Shown here: positions 25,373 to 41,100 of the stretch, piece after piece
Layout: each line of letters starts with the position of its first letter
Numbering within the stretch: the stretch's first letter is position 1
Source: Raillietiella orientalis
Lineage: Eukaryota
Assembly: GCA_036172245.1 (NCBI GenBank)
Contig: JAYWIR010000047.1
Location: 186,001 to 250,000 of the forward strand
DNA length: 64,000 bases
Direction of reading: 5' to 3'
The notes under the pieces: generated by a model
Databases searched by the model: none
Told to the model about the DNA's origin: nothing
The model's input: the letters and a program-made list of their open reading frames with translations, nothing else
Made by a program: the position numbers and the translations under genes

Positions 25373-28300
25373 ACAAATTACCCACAGAATTAATAATCAT
25401 ACTCCATTAATCTATCGTTCACCTTCTGAAAACACATAAGACTCTTTCAAATATGCAGTGTGTAAGTAGTAGCTTGTTTCATCAATTCATTTCCTTATTG
25501 TAAATTCTTCCTAAATGATTTTCAAAGCGGTGGAATCCTAATCCTGAATTCGAAATAGTTCTTGAATCTCAATTTGTTGTGCTTCATCGAAACCACTTGG
25601 AACGAAAAACTTCAAACGACGAGAACTGAATGCGGGGTGGCTTTTTAACCACACCTACGAACACGCAAAAATTCGTACGTTTGAAAGATGCAGCTTCCGA
25701 ACCAAGCTGGTCTCTCTCTCAAGGTGCAAAAGTAGTTCATTCGGTCGAGTGCGACGGCTACCAGCGATGGTTGCGCGGAGATCGTGCAGAGCACAGCTCC
25801 TTGAATGGGAAGCTGCTGAGGCCGGAGCAGAAAGTGATGCTGGGTAGCGATACATGATGCATATTTGCCCTGGAAACATCTTGCATTCTGGAGACTTGGA
25901 GAACGAGCCGAGTTTTGGCACAGGGCAAACTGCTTAAAGCGGGTGGACCCAGCAATCCTTTGGGACAAAGACAGCAGTTCTTTGAGGCAGCCCGGAGAAC
26001 GGTAAACAAAGACAGGGCCAACGCTCATTACATTAAAGGTGAATTCGTTTCTGTCGTCAGAATCACCGAATTTATCGTCTGGCATTGGAGCGTTTCAGAT
26101 CACAAGTGTTCGCTGACTCATTAAAGTATAACAACTTCACACGTGGTCGTGCATTCTCACTACCACGCATGTAATTTCTGTTGTCCTGAATGATGGCATT
26201 CAATACTTTCCTGCTTTTCTTCTTTTTTTCCTCCTCTCTTCCGAAGGCAGAATACAAACCACCATCGGAATCGTTTGAAGACACGGACGAGTTTTCGAAA
26301 TTTTTCCTCATTTATATTTGTGTTTTCCTCATTTTTTCCCTTTTCCTTTTTAGCTTTTCAAAGTATTTTTTTTTTTTTTTAAAAAAAAAAAAAAACACAA
26401 CATTTATGTTTTCGGGCTTGAATAAATATATATATATATTTTCCAATGTGTACTCGTGCATTTTCTTTTATGGAAACTGAATAAAAGCAATACCAGAAGA
26501 AAACGCCATTTTCCTTTTAAGTTCCAGAAAGAAAAGACAAAAGAAAGTATGCCTGATAATACAGAAATTCACATTCAAAAGGAGCGGTTTCTCGCAAGTT
26601 GGTATAATCGATTATGATGAATGAATTTGCTCTTTCATGCCACACCACCACCACCTTATGTGCATTACTCTAACGACTTCCTTCCCCCCCCCCCTCCTTT
26701 CGACCAAGCCTCAGTGCTCTGTTTCTGGAAGCGATGCAATAACAGTGCCTTAAGAAGCTTTGCATGTACCAGTTTGATGAATGAGGAGAGCCGCATGTGA
26801 TTTCCTCCCTTTGACGATCAGAGCGTTCGTGCTTTAATCCGAGGAATTCTTCGAGACAGGATCAGTTGCGGGAACATTCTTCGGGGGTGTTTCACTCGGT
26901 TCACAGATAGCTGAAAACGAAATTTGCTCCCGAAGAAAGTGCGGGAGAAAACAGAAAGCCGGCAGCACTGGCACAAACGGGAACAGGATCTTGAAGAAGA
27001 ATTCAACACACGCAGATCTAGATCAATTTTCTCTTGACTGCGGGCAGTATCCGGCATTTAGGACGGAAAGTGCCATGGCAGAGAAGAATGAATTCACGGG
27101 TGATTCCGAAATTAGCGCAGAGCAGGAAGTTCGAATGGCAAGCGAACATGGCAAGGCAGAAATCCTCGTTGCCAGGGAGCCTTGGCACATCCAAGCCGAG
27201 AGAGATAATATTTCTACAAAGGGAACACGAAGAATTTCCATTTTCCATCCCAGTGTGTCTTCCCCGAGCCGGGGAAAGTTTCATCCAGAGGATGCGTGCA
27301 TGGCAACCCACCCCTCGTGTGCAGGGCACACTTTCCCATACATCCACTATCATCTTACCTCACATCGGAGCCATGGCGATCAGTACTCAACCATTCGCGG
27401 CATTCCATTCATCTTCCTCTCATCCAATTCACATCCAATCAGCTAATTCCAGAATAAACTCGCTCGCCATGAATCGTTAACATTTCACAGGTTAACATTC
27501 GTTATAAATAGTTCACATTGCACGAGGTCGCTATATCCAGTTACTAACATCTCTTTGGTTAAAAGCTGCTTCTTGATTAAGGCTTTAGAGTATCCTTTAG
27601 TCAGGAAATTAGCGACCTTTATATAGTCCAAAAAATAAAAAATGCAAAGAAATAGAAAAAACACGAATTTCCTCGAGGATTGTCAGTCGCTAAGAATACT
27701 CTCTTAGTAGCAGTGACCTCCGTCAAATCATGCAGCTTTCCAGGCTCGCATCTATGAACTGCCTATGCTAGAGGCCTCAATATCTTTTAAGGCGGCCGTC
27801 GTTGGTAATCATTCATCTTGGGTATTTTGCAATGAATTCTAAAATGCACCAACTAATTAATTTCATTCTTGTTTAATCGCTGCTCCTGCCGTGAGATCAT
27901 CCAAGGTTCACGATGATCACCTATTCGAATGATTATTACATCCTGATCGAATGTCCTTCTGTAAATACTTCTGGGACTTTTCGTACGGCATGTCGCAGAA
28001 GGACACGAAAGACCTATCGACAACTTCCTGAAAAGTGGCCCTAATTTAACTCACATCTTGGAAATGTTGGCTCAGCTGTTCCATGTTCCACAAACTCTCC
28101 ACCGTTTGCTTCCTATGGAACGAAATGTCCTATTCGGGCTGATTCCTACTCTTCCTTTTCCTTCTTTCCTTTTCAAAAAAAAAAATCAAAGTCTTGCCTA
28201 ATTAACGATTTGATGGAATTTTGACCGTTTTCGTGAAATCGCTTGAATTTTATCATATGAATATTATTTGTGTACAAAATTATCTATCTGTAAAATATTC

Positions 28301-31300
28301 TGAAACCGTGCCTGTTTCAGAGTGTTCTACGAACAGTTAGCCCTAATTGTCATGGGAACGACGAGCACATCGCAGATGCCTCCAAACACGAACACCATCG
28401 CTGAGTCTCTTTCCACGACCAAAGAGGAATCTGTCAACGCGAGAACGCCCGGCATCCAGGTCCAGGGATACGCATGCAGTGAAACCAAACGGGAGCTTTG
28501 TCCATTGTCCAAGGAACACGCTTGAGAGTGCGAGCCAAGGCGCCGAACCCGAAGGAAAGCCCTCGTGGCTGATGAGTCTTCGGGGTTGAAGCTACTTTTT
28601 GCCGAAAACCCTTTACCGCTCGGAATCCGAAACCCTGAGGAAAAGCTATCTTTCGCTTCTTGCATTAGCAATCTGAGCTCTGCATAGGTGGCCTTTGAAG
28701 TCTGCTCTGTGTGCACGTGGAAAAAATACCTGGGGCTGGGGAGGGTGAGTAACAGTGGAGCGAGCGAAAGAGCAAGAAACGACTACAGTCCCGTTAAGAA
28801 AGAGCAACTCAGCCGGCGAGGGAAAAATTCGCAGCACGGGAACAAACGCAAGCTTCGATTCTATCGAAGAAACGAACCGATTTACACGAAGATGCTTCGG
28901 AAACTGGGTGAAAACGAGACGATGTTCGACAGGGGAAGTTTTGCAGTTCGGCTGCTTGCACGGCAGCACTCCGACAGAAGGGGTAATCGAACCTCGAAGG
29001 CAGGGTGATGCCATCCAGAGACGGAGCACAACGAATGCAACGCAACCTTGTTACAAGAAAGGGGGAAACCACAAGTAAACAAATTCAATAGATAGACTCG
29101 TTCTTTTGGATTCTCCTGAAAGATGTCACTGATCTGTTGTGTATTAATCGCCGCCAGGAAAGTTGCAGAACTGATCCTCCCACATCGCAGTGGCACAGGT
29201 CACAAGAGCTGATGGAACAAACACCTCTTCTTCACGGCCCTTTACCAGGAGGATGTGATAATCCGTCTGCGGGGTTTGCCACAGGAAAACCCTGCGCTTC
29301 ATTTGGTGTCCGCACTGGTACTCGTTTATTGCAGAGCTTCGCAGATCATAGCGGGTGCCAGTGCTATCGCAATTAGGTGCTTTTTTTTCCCCCCCCTCTC
29401 TCCTCTCCTCTTTCCAAAAAGTGAGTGCTGATCTTGTGGAGAGTGAGGAAAGCTGTTCACCTACGTGTGCTCTCGCGTCAGGAAAAGGAACGGGAGGAGC
29501 ATTCCATGTTCGATCAGTCAACTGATGGATGAAATTCAGCTTTTTCCGAGAGAGAGGAAGAGGAAGGCAGAGCATCAAGGACCTTCTCTTGCAAAGTAAG
29601 GGAGAATCGATATGATGTTAACCTCTGTGGATTCTTTTGGAAATTTCCGAGACGCCGGGGTCGAACGATGCTGCGTAGTGCAATGTACTCTGAACAAGAA
29701 TTCGCTTCCATTATGCTTCCCCGTTGCGCTCTGTGGACTCGGATGTGAGCTCATCAGCTGTTTGAGCCGCCTCCTTATCTCACAATCGATGTCTCATTCT
29801 GTTCATTTTTGGCAAGAGGCTTCTTCGTTTGCTCAAGGGATCCCTTTCGGCAACCTCACATTTAGAGAGCCACAAGCACGCTTTACAGGGTAGTTACTAC
29901 CTGTGAATTGATCTTGATCATGGCTGCCTTGAAGTACGCCGACGTAACTTCGAGGCAACTCTTAGCCTTACTTTGGCTTTTCTCTCTCTTTTTTTTCTGT
30001 TTGGCAAACATGAGGTCACCCCTTTTTTCACGAAGTGGATCCCGCATTCACCCCCTTGAAACAGCACTTTGAATTCAGATTGTCGATTCCGAGGATCAAA
30101 GCCAACACGCAGCAATGCTGCTTTATTTTTTCCACGTCAAGAACTTGCAGTTGAAATTTTCAAATATTTTGTTACAAAATGGAAAGCACTAAACTGCAAA
30201 ATTCTGTGTGTCGATCTTAAAAAGGCGTAAATTGGCCGAGCACTCAAGGAGGGGGGGGGAGGATCTTTATTATGGAATCGCGATGGAAGTCATGAAATGA
30301 TGTATGCGCAGTTGCAGATTTTTGATAAAGTCGTGAACCTATTAGAAAAAAAAAAGTATAAAAAAATTCCGTCTTTAGTTTGAGAAAGTTGCAACTGAGT
30401 CGTCGTCTTTTTTTCTTTTCTTCCCAGGATGCATCCAAAACACACGAAACGTTTCATTTTGATGGAACGTTTCCTCACGATCATAATGATTTCTTAAAAA
30501 AAGAGAGCAATTTGTATTAAACAGCCATTCATAAATTAATGACTCGTGTTTTTTTCATTTTCTTTTCGTTTGTATCTTATGCAATGGCATTATGAATTCA
30601 GTGGTTGCATTGTATTCCTGCGCAGTAACATCAACATGCATTTCGACAAAGCTCTCCAAAACAAAACTGCTAAAATCCATTCCATTAAAAGGAATGAAAT
30701 TTCCAGATTTTGACCGAATGCTTTGTGGATTGATCAAAGAGCAGCATCAGGTTTTGTTTGCGATTTTCTTTTCAAGTGCTTTCCCATTCAGTAGCCACTC
30801 TTTGGATCAGCACCTTAGCTGCATGGTATCCCTGCTTTCTTAAGGGAAACTGTAAGCAAACAAATGGAAAACCTCACGACTTTGCTTGCAATCCCGATCC
30901 TGGAGCTCACATCATAAACAGTGGAGCCAACTTTCAAGCTTTTCAAAGTATTCAGCACGATGATTCCACATACATGTGTGTTGCTGTTCATTTGTTCCTG
31001 GACTTCAGTTTGCCGGAGTCTGTTGCGGTTTTGCACAGGTCCAGAATCTGATCTGCTCTCATGATAAAACAGGAAGTATAACTGCGAGTTTTTTTTTTTT
31101 TTTTTCGAGAAATTGATGGCAGTCTCAATTTTCCAAGACGTCGACCTGATGGTGCACTCAAACGTCGTCCCAATTTATTTATTTTTTTTAATTCCATAAG
31201 AATTAATGGAAATTTGGAGCCATTTCCCTGAAGCAGTTCCTAATAGAAGCAAAGATCTGCAATTAAGAAAAATGAAAATCCTATAAGTTACAAGATGAAC

Positions 31301-34300
31301 GCTTTTATAATTTTGCTCCTTGACATGTGTTTTTGCTTTGTAAAAATATGGTGAAAAGTTGTGAAATCTTTGTCGTTTTCTTATTATTGATATTTGAGTA
31401 TTTTTGAAATGCTAATGGTAGGAACAATACTTCAATCGATAATATTTTCGCAAAACAAATTTATCATCCTCTGCTGACTTGTAACACTATGGATTACCTT
31501 TGCATTAATTCTTTAGTTTTCCTCAAATAGATTTCAAAAGACTGTCTTACTATTACTTAGAATCATTCTTAACGCACGCAAATGATGTGACTGAGTGGAA
31601 GCTATTCCTAACTGAAGGATTAGTTACGAGGCACTTGTTCAGAATTAAGGTTTTCTTATTTTGTGCGTCTCTTCATTAGATCATTTCTACCTTCTCATAT
31701 CTCCAAGGGTTCCTTAGAGCACTAAACGATTAGTGAAGTTGACAACCCACTGAGGTCCCAAGTAATAATAGAAGGGATTTTTATGAGAAGCTTGTCTTTT
31801 CTGCTCAACACAACCAGACTTATCTGGTAAACCTATCCGTTTATCTATCTTTGTATCAAGAATACACCGGTTACAAATTTCTCAAGTTTATTAACCAAAG
31901 ATCGCAAAAATGCTTTGCATTCTTCTTTCCTGAAAAACCCAAGTTCACAAAGCTGCATTACGATGCTTCCATCCTTGCCTCAAATCAGTTTTTTTTGGAG
32001 ATGGGTAAAACCTTCAGTGTTACAAAAATCGCATTGTAATTTTCATAATTCAAGTCTAACTTTTCAAAGTTCGAAAATCCTTTTCATTTTACTAGATCAT
32101 AGAACAATATTGTACCGAAATATTGCATCATATGGTATATGGACGACGTGCACATGGTTGCATATAATGGAATGATTGCAAACGAAGATGCATTTAGAAT
32201 GGTTATTTAACTAGAAGAAGTATTTAGCTGAAGACATGAATTTATGCTTAACATGTTATGAATTACAACGAAAGTTACGGTTAAATATGATTGGCTGTAG
32301 CTGAGATACAGCTGTAGCTTCTAGATTGTTTTCATCCTACATAATTAATAACGTTCATTTGAATTTTAAAAGAAAATATGAGAAAAGGCAGAATTTGTGT
32401 TTCAGTAGTACTCTTTGAATTCACAAGTTTTGCTTTTTTCGTCGATAAATGTCTGATTTTCACAACGCTCTTGGAGCTCTTGAAGTAATGATTATTCATT
32501 TAATCTCCAAGGATCTCTTAAAATTTACAGTACATTAATTTTAAACAGAACAATTCTAGAAGATTTGAAAACAGTCCTATTTGAAATCAGAGTTATCTTA
32601 CAAAAGTGTTTTTTAGAATGTTTGCTTTAAATTTCAGTATATTCGATTTTTCCCTAATTTTCCGTAATCTGTTGGTACTCAATTCTTGAGATTAGTGTAG
32701 CAGTATTCATTGTTTAGATTTACAAATACCTAAATACTTTAATAGTTGTGCTTTTAGACTGTACATGTGAATTGTAAAAGTTGTGACGTGAAAGATAGGC
32801 ATAATTTATCATTTTTTTGATATCGTCATAAATAAAGCCATGGAAATCAATTGTGTGATAGTTGAATCTTAGTGTCCAAGACAGAAAAAAACGAGAACAG
32901 ATTCACAGTTAAATTTGTGTAAAAATGTAGTTAAAATTCAGTTCCGTTCATGACAGGAAAAAAGGAATATGAAATTTCGAGTTTTGGAAGCAGATGAGAT
33001 TTGAGCATTAAATGCAGTCTTATGTTTTTAGGAATTACAGCACTCGTGAAATATGTGGTGAGTTATTCGAAGATTTCATCTGATAAAATTTTGTCATGTT
33101 CTTGAGATATTGTGCTTTTTATTTTGAGTGAAAATTTAAATAACAATTCAGACATGCAACGATAGAAATGTTCGTGGTCTATGTATAAGTCATGTATGTA
33201 ATAGAATGTTTTTTGCACGAAGTGTGGCCTTGAGTAAAATAGGTCTCGATAGAATTGACAAACATCGCATTTATTGTAGAAAGGTTTGCAATCGTAGAAA
33301 TTTTCAAGTGAAGATTCCTCCGTAAGATGCATGTTAGTAAATGCAAGTTCGTATTAAGCTATTTAAACTAATAATAGGTGTAGACATTTTTCATGAGGGT
33401 TCAAGGCACTAAACCCAGGAGGATTTAATTCAGTAATGATGAAAGAATTTGTAAATGAGAAGTCTGTTAATTACTATTGCCTTCGAAGATCAAAATAAAA
33501 AGCATTTTTTTACTCCTAGTTTGGGCTCTCGTTGTATAACTTAGTGTAGTATGTAGTTGCATGGAATGCATGTAAACAAAATTGCAAAGTACATACCCAT
33601 TTGCTCATTACGATGGATATTTTTGGAAACATGACTCAATGTAGGTAATATTGTGAAACTATAAACAGATCCATAAATTGTAATTTAAAATCATATGAAA
33701 GACACAATGGATGTATATTCCAGACAAAATTTAAGACTTTATGCTTTGCATGATGAAGTGCAAGTGATTATGCTCATCTGCTGCTATTAGAAATTCTGTG
33801 ATCATATGTTTCCGAAGGTAGACACCTAGGTATTGTTGAAATCTTTAGGACGCATTTGTTTGAATTTCGAGCAATAAGATTTCTTGCTAGCATCTGCCCT
33901 ATTGATTTGAAAACAGCCAATTCAAGTTGAGAGGACATGTGATGAAATAATGAACTGGCGATATAAGATGAAACACTTAAATTAGCTCTCACTAATTCCC
34001 AGCAGACTGTTTATTGTCTTCCAGGGGAAAATAATGTATGTGATACATTGTTTTTTTGGCTTCATGTGATTGTGTAAAATGCAGTTCTGTGAAAAAGTAT
34101 GGTAAAATACTTCCAGAGAAACAGTGAATAAAGACATTTTTAAAAGTTGTTAAACACCAGTGCATTTTATTGTCATAATTTACAGAATTTTTATTCATAA
34201 CAGGGCAACTCACTAAATCCATAGGAAATTTGGAAAGGTGATTAAATAATATGTTGCTTCAAAAGATAGTTTCTAAATGAACATCAAGTAGCAAACATTT

Positions 34301-35179
34301 GTGTTATAAAAGGAGAGTGCTGCTCAAAAAGCCATCTGATTTTCAAGGGGAAAAAGTTGTTTCTGGATTCAGAGTTTCTTTTTTCAAGTTTGTATTTGAA
34401 GATTTGTTTAATGTTGCCAATTACAAATCAAAGACTGAATGCCAGTTAGTGTGTTGGTTCATTTTCAAAGCTCAGTTCAGTGAAATTTCTGATACTTAAT
34501 TTCATTCATGTTATGTTCAGAGATTCTTTTCAAGTGTACTATTATTGATAGCATGATGTTGGATCAGGAAAAAGAAAAAAAATTGATTTAAATAATTTAG
34601 CTCCAAGACTGAGAAATTAGCTTGGATAAGTTTGAAACAAATCTTTGCACATGTAAGGAAATGTATTGGTTTTTGAGAACAGATTCACAGTGAAAGTTAG
34701 TATCATCCATTCCAGAAAGGTTTCCAAGTTTAGTGTATATTATTATTTGTAAATGATGAAAGGCAAAGAAATGTGCCTCCACTTTTGTCATTAAGGTTTT
34801 CATTTACTTATCAAATTTCTTAAACTAATATTTAATGCAAGCACCTGTTACTCTGCACAAATTAACTTTTTCTCGATTCATATTATGAAAGTGTGCTCCA
34901 TGGTCTTGTTATGTGGAGTACCAACAATTCATTGTGTGTTCATTGAATAATTACTAAAGATTTTCTATTATGAATATTGTTGATGTATATTTAAAATTAG
35001 TGTTTTATCTTCAAGGCTAAGTCGTAGGAGATACTTTCCATCTTCTTTGTTTATGTTTGGCATGTTTGCATGATTGCAGTATTTGCAAAATAGTGAACAC
35101 AGCTGATGAAATGTACTTTGTTTACAGAGAAGGACATGGCTTTTCCAAAGGTTGATTGACTGAAATAAAAGTTTTTAGA

Positions 35180-38100
35180 ATGTCGAATTCTAATATTGCT
35201 GTGGACTTCAAAAACTTATTACAGAATACAAAAGATGCTACAGCTGTAAGGTAATTGTTTGTTTATTCATCACTGAATGATTTCATTTTTGAATCAAGCA
35301 TTAAGCCCAAACAATAAATTTAAATTTATCCATGATGAGTTTTCAATTTTTTTAATTTTTTGTTTTAGCATCTCCTGTTCAGATGCCATGAAAGGCCCAA
35401 GATTGAGTCATTTTGGGAAGAACATTATCCGTAAAGGTGGAAATAATAATAAATTGATTGAAGATACTCCTCGTAGTCCAAGTCCCACAGAATATTTAGA
35501 ATCCCAACCAAGTTTATCGCAAGTCAGTTTGTCAGAATTTCTGTTGTGCAATGGATTCCTGAGTTTCCAGATTGAAGAAGAAATTTTATTATGCAAAAAT
35601 TTATTTGAACAGAGCATTAATAATTTAAAGAAACTTCTAAACAGAAAGGTTTCATATGTGATAAAGGGTGAAGAAGATATGTTATTGAAACCATGTGTCT
35701 TCTTAACTGAAAAGCATAATAAAATTAGTGATTTATCATCTGAGCCTAAAATCATTCCTTTAGAAAGGTCAGTAGGAAGAAGTGGAGTTATCGGAAAGCT
35801 TAATTCAAATAGCCCAACAGTTATTCAAGAAAGTGATCTAATTTCTGATGACGATTTTGAGAACACTGGATTAAATTCAGAATATCAAGTAACATTACCC
35901 AATGAAAGTAGACATCTCCGTGACACAGAAAAGTCGGATATTGATGATGGCTTTCTAGCTTTGACTAAACCTCCCCTTTCAGAAACGGATTTGGTTAGTT
36001 TAATTTCTGATGAAACAGATTCTAATCAGAAAGACAGAATTGAGAATTCTCTTTTATCAGAAGAAGAAAATTCAGGCTTTGGAAACGTTTATGATGAAAT
36101 GAATGCAAAATATGATTCACGAAAAACAAGTGGCATAAGAAGTGTTCCAAGAATTCCTTCTTGGAAGAAAATCGCTTTAAAGAATTGTGCAGAAGACGAT
36201 AAAGATCCAAAAGTAACGAATTCAGATTCTCTTGAGAGTAGAAAACTACTTGCATTGAAACAGCAAGAACGAAAGATGCGAGTAAAAATGTTGCGTTCTA
36301 AGTTCATGAAGGAAATTAGTTCTGTTAACAAGTTAGGAACTCCTTTGGGTACTGGATTTTTGAAACAAGCAGAAATGCTTACATCACGAAACACAAAAGA
36401 TGATGGAGATGATTCTGAGCAAGGTGAATTACGTGATGGTTGCAATTTAGAAGCCCGACAAGAAGTTTTAGAATTAAGTAATGACATTGATAATGTAGAA
36501 CGAAGCACAGAAAATAATGTTACTAAGCCACAGTTACGTGAAAAATCGAGAGGAAACAAAAAATCTCTAGCACTTGATAAACATGCATCTTCCAATAAAA
36601 GTATTGAATCTAGTGAGAAATTGAATTTAAAAGCAGCAATAAAAAAAGTAAATGGAAAGAGTTTAATTCGTTCTGTTGCAAAAAAGACAGCACAGCCGCT
36701 CCAGATTGGTTTCGTAAAAAACAATCCAAGTCTTGCATCACAGAGCAGAAAAATAGGTGCTCTGATCCCATCACGTGAAACCTACCGAAACATATTTTCC
36801 AATTCAGAAAACATGAAGGCATTTAAAATTCCCAAAAAGATGCAAGCAACCAAAGAAGCAAAGAAGCAAACTATCTTAGTGGTAGCAGATAGTCAGCAAC
36901 TTGAGTCTAATGATGAAGTCAGTAAAAAAGTGGTATCCAAAAAAAATTCGACTCCTAAGCTAAGAACAGGCAAGCGTAAAAGATCATTAGTGCTGGAGAG
37001 AAAAACAGGCAAAAGATTAAAAACTGCAGTTAAAGAGAAAAAGAAAGATCAATTCAATACCAGTGCTAAAGAGGAAAAGATGGATTTATCTTTAAGTCAG
37101 AGTGGAGAAGGTATATGTAGTCTTTGTGGCTTGTGTTGCAAAAAATTGGTTCATCATTATGCAATATTCCATCATGGATCAGAACCTCCAGTTACAATAC
37201 CTGTTGAAGATCTTTACGGGGCATTGCTTGAATTGGAGAAACTTCACGATGCTCCAAAAGAAAATTTGTCTCTTGTTTCAAAAACAGTTTCATTACCTGA
37301 TAAACTAGATTGCAAATTCTGCACCACAAGCCCCCTAGAGCCTGTGATATACGTACAACATATAAGTGTGCACCGACCTGAGGGAGGATGTCAAACATAT
37401 TGCTGCCGTATATGTTTGTGGAGTTCCAATTCCTTACAAAATTTTGTAGACCATGTAACATCACATACTGGAGAATATAGGTATTCTTGTGAGTACTGTG
37501 GCTATAAAGGATGCTCGGCAGCTGATGTAGAAAGCCATATCACTGTTAGTCATCAGGAGCAGAATTATAGCATTCAGGCTGAACCTATGGATACTGCAAG
37601 AGATGTTAACATATTTGTGTGCAGCTATTGTTTATTTTTCCAATTATCTCAGGCTACTGTTCAGAACCATTTGGCTAAGCATGCAAATGCACATCTTCTT
37701 AAAGTTAATGTTTCCTATCCATCATTTCCACCATCAGCATCAGCATACAATGTAAACCATGTATCAATGGAGTATGAATCAAATGAAATAGAAGCAACTA
37801 TTGAAGACATGAAATTTGATCCAGCAGTGTTTGTAGGTTCTGAGGAATATGATGTCATTCTGAATCCAAATGAGATTCCAATAGAAAGCAGATGTCACAT
37901 GCAGCCACAAGAAACTTTTACATCTTCAAGAAATCTGTCAACAGTATTGGCTAAACTTTCTGAAAAGCTGTCTCCTATTATAGAAAATCCTATTCTGAAT
38001 AAAGATAATATAAATACACCATTGTCTTCCAATATTGAAGCAGATGAAAGCTATTCAGGTAAAAATTATTTGACGGCTCGTATTTGTGGGTCTGAGATTT

Positions 38101-41100
38101 TCTTGTTCCAATTGTTTGTGTTAGAAATTTAACTCTATGCCAATATTTTATAATGAGTAGGATATGAATAATACATTTTCTGATTTGATGATGTCTTGGC
38201 TACTAAACCATTATTCTCATTTTAGAGTCTCTTCAGAATGAAATATTTCCAATTAAAATCGAAACAGTCACAAGCCTTACTGCACAGGTGAAACTTGTTA
38301 TCATCGAGCATTCATTGCATAAAAATACTATTTTAGGATTCTGCAACAAATACATCTTTAGAGCTCGAAAATGAGAACACGTTGCCAGGTCCATTGCTTG
38401 AAGAAGAAAAAGATCAGCAGGCAGTGACGTCTTCAACAAATTTTGGTAAAGAACATATTTTTTTATCAGGTGTTTATTATGTAATGTTTAAGCATACGAT
38501 GGAGATGGCTTGGCATTATCAGCAATGAAGCAGAAGTTAGGATACCATAAAATACTGGAACAGCTCAAAGTGCCTTCTGTTTTATCAAATATGCTTGCTG
38601 TTGATAAATTAAAGCATTTATTCAAGTGTATGCAAAAAGACTGCAGTTTCACAACTGATGCACAATGTTTATTTTTGGGCCACATTAAAGAAAAGCAGTT
38701 TATTGATTCACATTCTTTGATTTGTTGCTACTGTCTGTATTGGTGTTGCAATTCCGAGAGTTTGGTCCAACACGTCAAGGAAACTCATCAGAGGTCATGT
38801 TATCAGTGCCCTTATTGTTTTTATAGAGCAGTAGAGGAATTTTATGTATTAGAACATCAGGTAATTTTTCCTGTTCGTTCTTTTACCTGTGGATCATATT
38901 GTTTAGCATCAATTTCATACGGATGAAGACTCCACAATTATTTTTGGTATTGACAGTGCAGTATCATGTGAAGATCCTCCTACTGATTTATCCTTCTTGA
39001 AACCTTTTACATGTTGCGTTGGTAAGAATTCTTATCTAGTTATATGTTTTCCGTGAAATTGGTGTTTGGATCATGAGTGAACTGGGATAATCGAACTTTT
39101 CAATGCTGCCAAGTTTCCGGTTTTGACATCTTGCATTCCTAATGAAAAATGTATAAGTTTTATAGTAAGGGAAAGCATTTCTGAAATTAAAGTGAAATCT
39201 TTCTATCTAAATGACGTTTGCATTCTATAGGGAAGATAATGTGTAATTCTTTTTTCAGTCTGCCTATGCTTTTCTTAGCATAAACAAAACGTTTGTGTAA
39301 TGTTTTGCCAACTTGTTGCATAGATAATTTACAGTTAGCCTGTGTTGTCTTCCTTAAAATGAGTAAATAAATTTAAATTTTCTTTGGAAAGTTGAATGTG
39401 CAATGTATTTCTGTGTTAAAATTTCCCAAATTTTCTTGGATTTTGTTTGTTGTCCATGGAATAATTAGTTGTATGTGCTTATCGAGATGTTGGTACTGAT
39501 CACATATTTCCCTGAAATGTTCTTTCAATAGGCATGTAATGATAATAGCAATATATCAGTAATAATGATCATAATAATTGTAATAAGTGAATTGTGTTCA
39601 CGTGTTGCGTTTGAAGTTTCTGCTGTTATACAGATGAAAGGAGTCAAAAATCGTCATTCTTCTTTTAAATAATAATTAAATAATAAGTGTAAATAGAGTT
39701 TAGCAGATTTAATTAGTAATAAATTAATGGAAACGTTACTATAACTTCATGGTGAAGACATATGCAAACATTGACAGGAGAGCAACAGGAATATTAGAAC
39801 ATTGTATGGAAAAAATATTAGAGTAAGGATGAAGCTTTAAAAAAATGAAAAACATGAAAATGTTTAAAAAAAAAAAAAAGTAAACAAAAGGATGCTTACT
39901 AGTAACAATAATTTGCTGTACACGATCTTGGAGTTTTTGATTAACAGTATTAGCATACTAGCAGTAATTTAAGCTGGTATTCTATTATTTTGTAATATAT
40001 TTGCTTAGTAAGGTTCATTATCTCCAGTTCAAAGAAGACAATAAATCCTTTCTGTTCTTGAAAAACCCTCTTTTTGTTAATGTTGTTCGTGATTATTTCA
40101 GAGTCATTCTTAGTGTGCTTCTCATTGATTCATGTTTTTCAAATTTGTGCTTTCAAAATCTTGTAAAAATTTTAATGTCATTGTTTCATTTGCATTATTT
40201 TGTGGAACCTTTTTTGGGTTTGTTTGCAAAGATTATTATGAACTCGTCATAATCATTTGAAATTTCCAATGGAATAACAAATGTATGTCGTGTCTTCATT
40301 TTTGTTTTAGTGGTAATAGATGCTGATTATAATATAGCAGTTATTCAGAATTTGAAAATGAGTGCATTTCATTTAGTATTGATTGTTTTTGAAAGAATCA
40401 TATAATTGGTTAACTTTCCCATTATGCATTGATTCAGTACTCATACCTGCCCCCTACGTATTCAAACATGTTAAAGATTGAAGTGTTTACATTATCTAAT
40501 GCTCTCCATTTTTATCAGTAGGAAAGTTTTGCCAGTTAACCATGGTTCTTAATGAGTATTTTTGCACTTGTACATATTGAGCACTTCAGAGAAAGACTAA
40601 AATATTTCGATAAATTCAAATAATTTGGAATGAATCTCGATACAAAACTTCTAATAGTTCTTGCAAAATATTGATTGAGGTTTTTGTATTAAAAGAAGTC
40701 ATTATCATTTGAGAAAGACATTAGCCCAATTTTTTTGTAGCATGGCAGATTTTTTTTAAGCATACATCCATGCTACAAAGAAATTTGGCATCTGTTATTA
40801 TAATAATTTGGCTAATTGCTTTGCACAGTTTCTTTGTAACAAGTGTTGTTAGGTAACGCACTTAATACAAATTCATGATTTTTGTCGTAAATTAATTAAT
40901 ATCCACAAATGTAAACGCTCAAGAAAATTAGGAAAAATTCATGCAGTAGTGGTCATGTTTTAAAATGATTTTATTTGGAAATGAAAAGTTCATATTTTAC
41001 TTACAGCAGAGATGTGAAAGGTACATAAGACTCATTTTGATGTTTCCGTTGTAATGATAATTTTCGATTACTCACGAGATTTTTATTTTTTGCAGCTTCT

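Noticed and set aside
25758..25900. DEG/ENaC fragment (VSLPSITFC)
   Set aside because: Only one short motif; no supporting flanking similarity.
28569..28620. Hammerhead core CTGATGAG...CCGAAA
   Set aside because: Stems I and III cannot be formed.
28327..28716. Protein-coding exon
   Set aside because: Open frame on the minus strand but no convincing splice partners or motifs.
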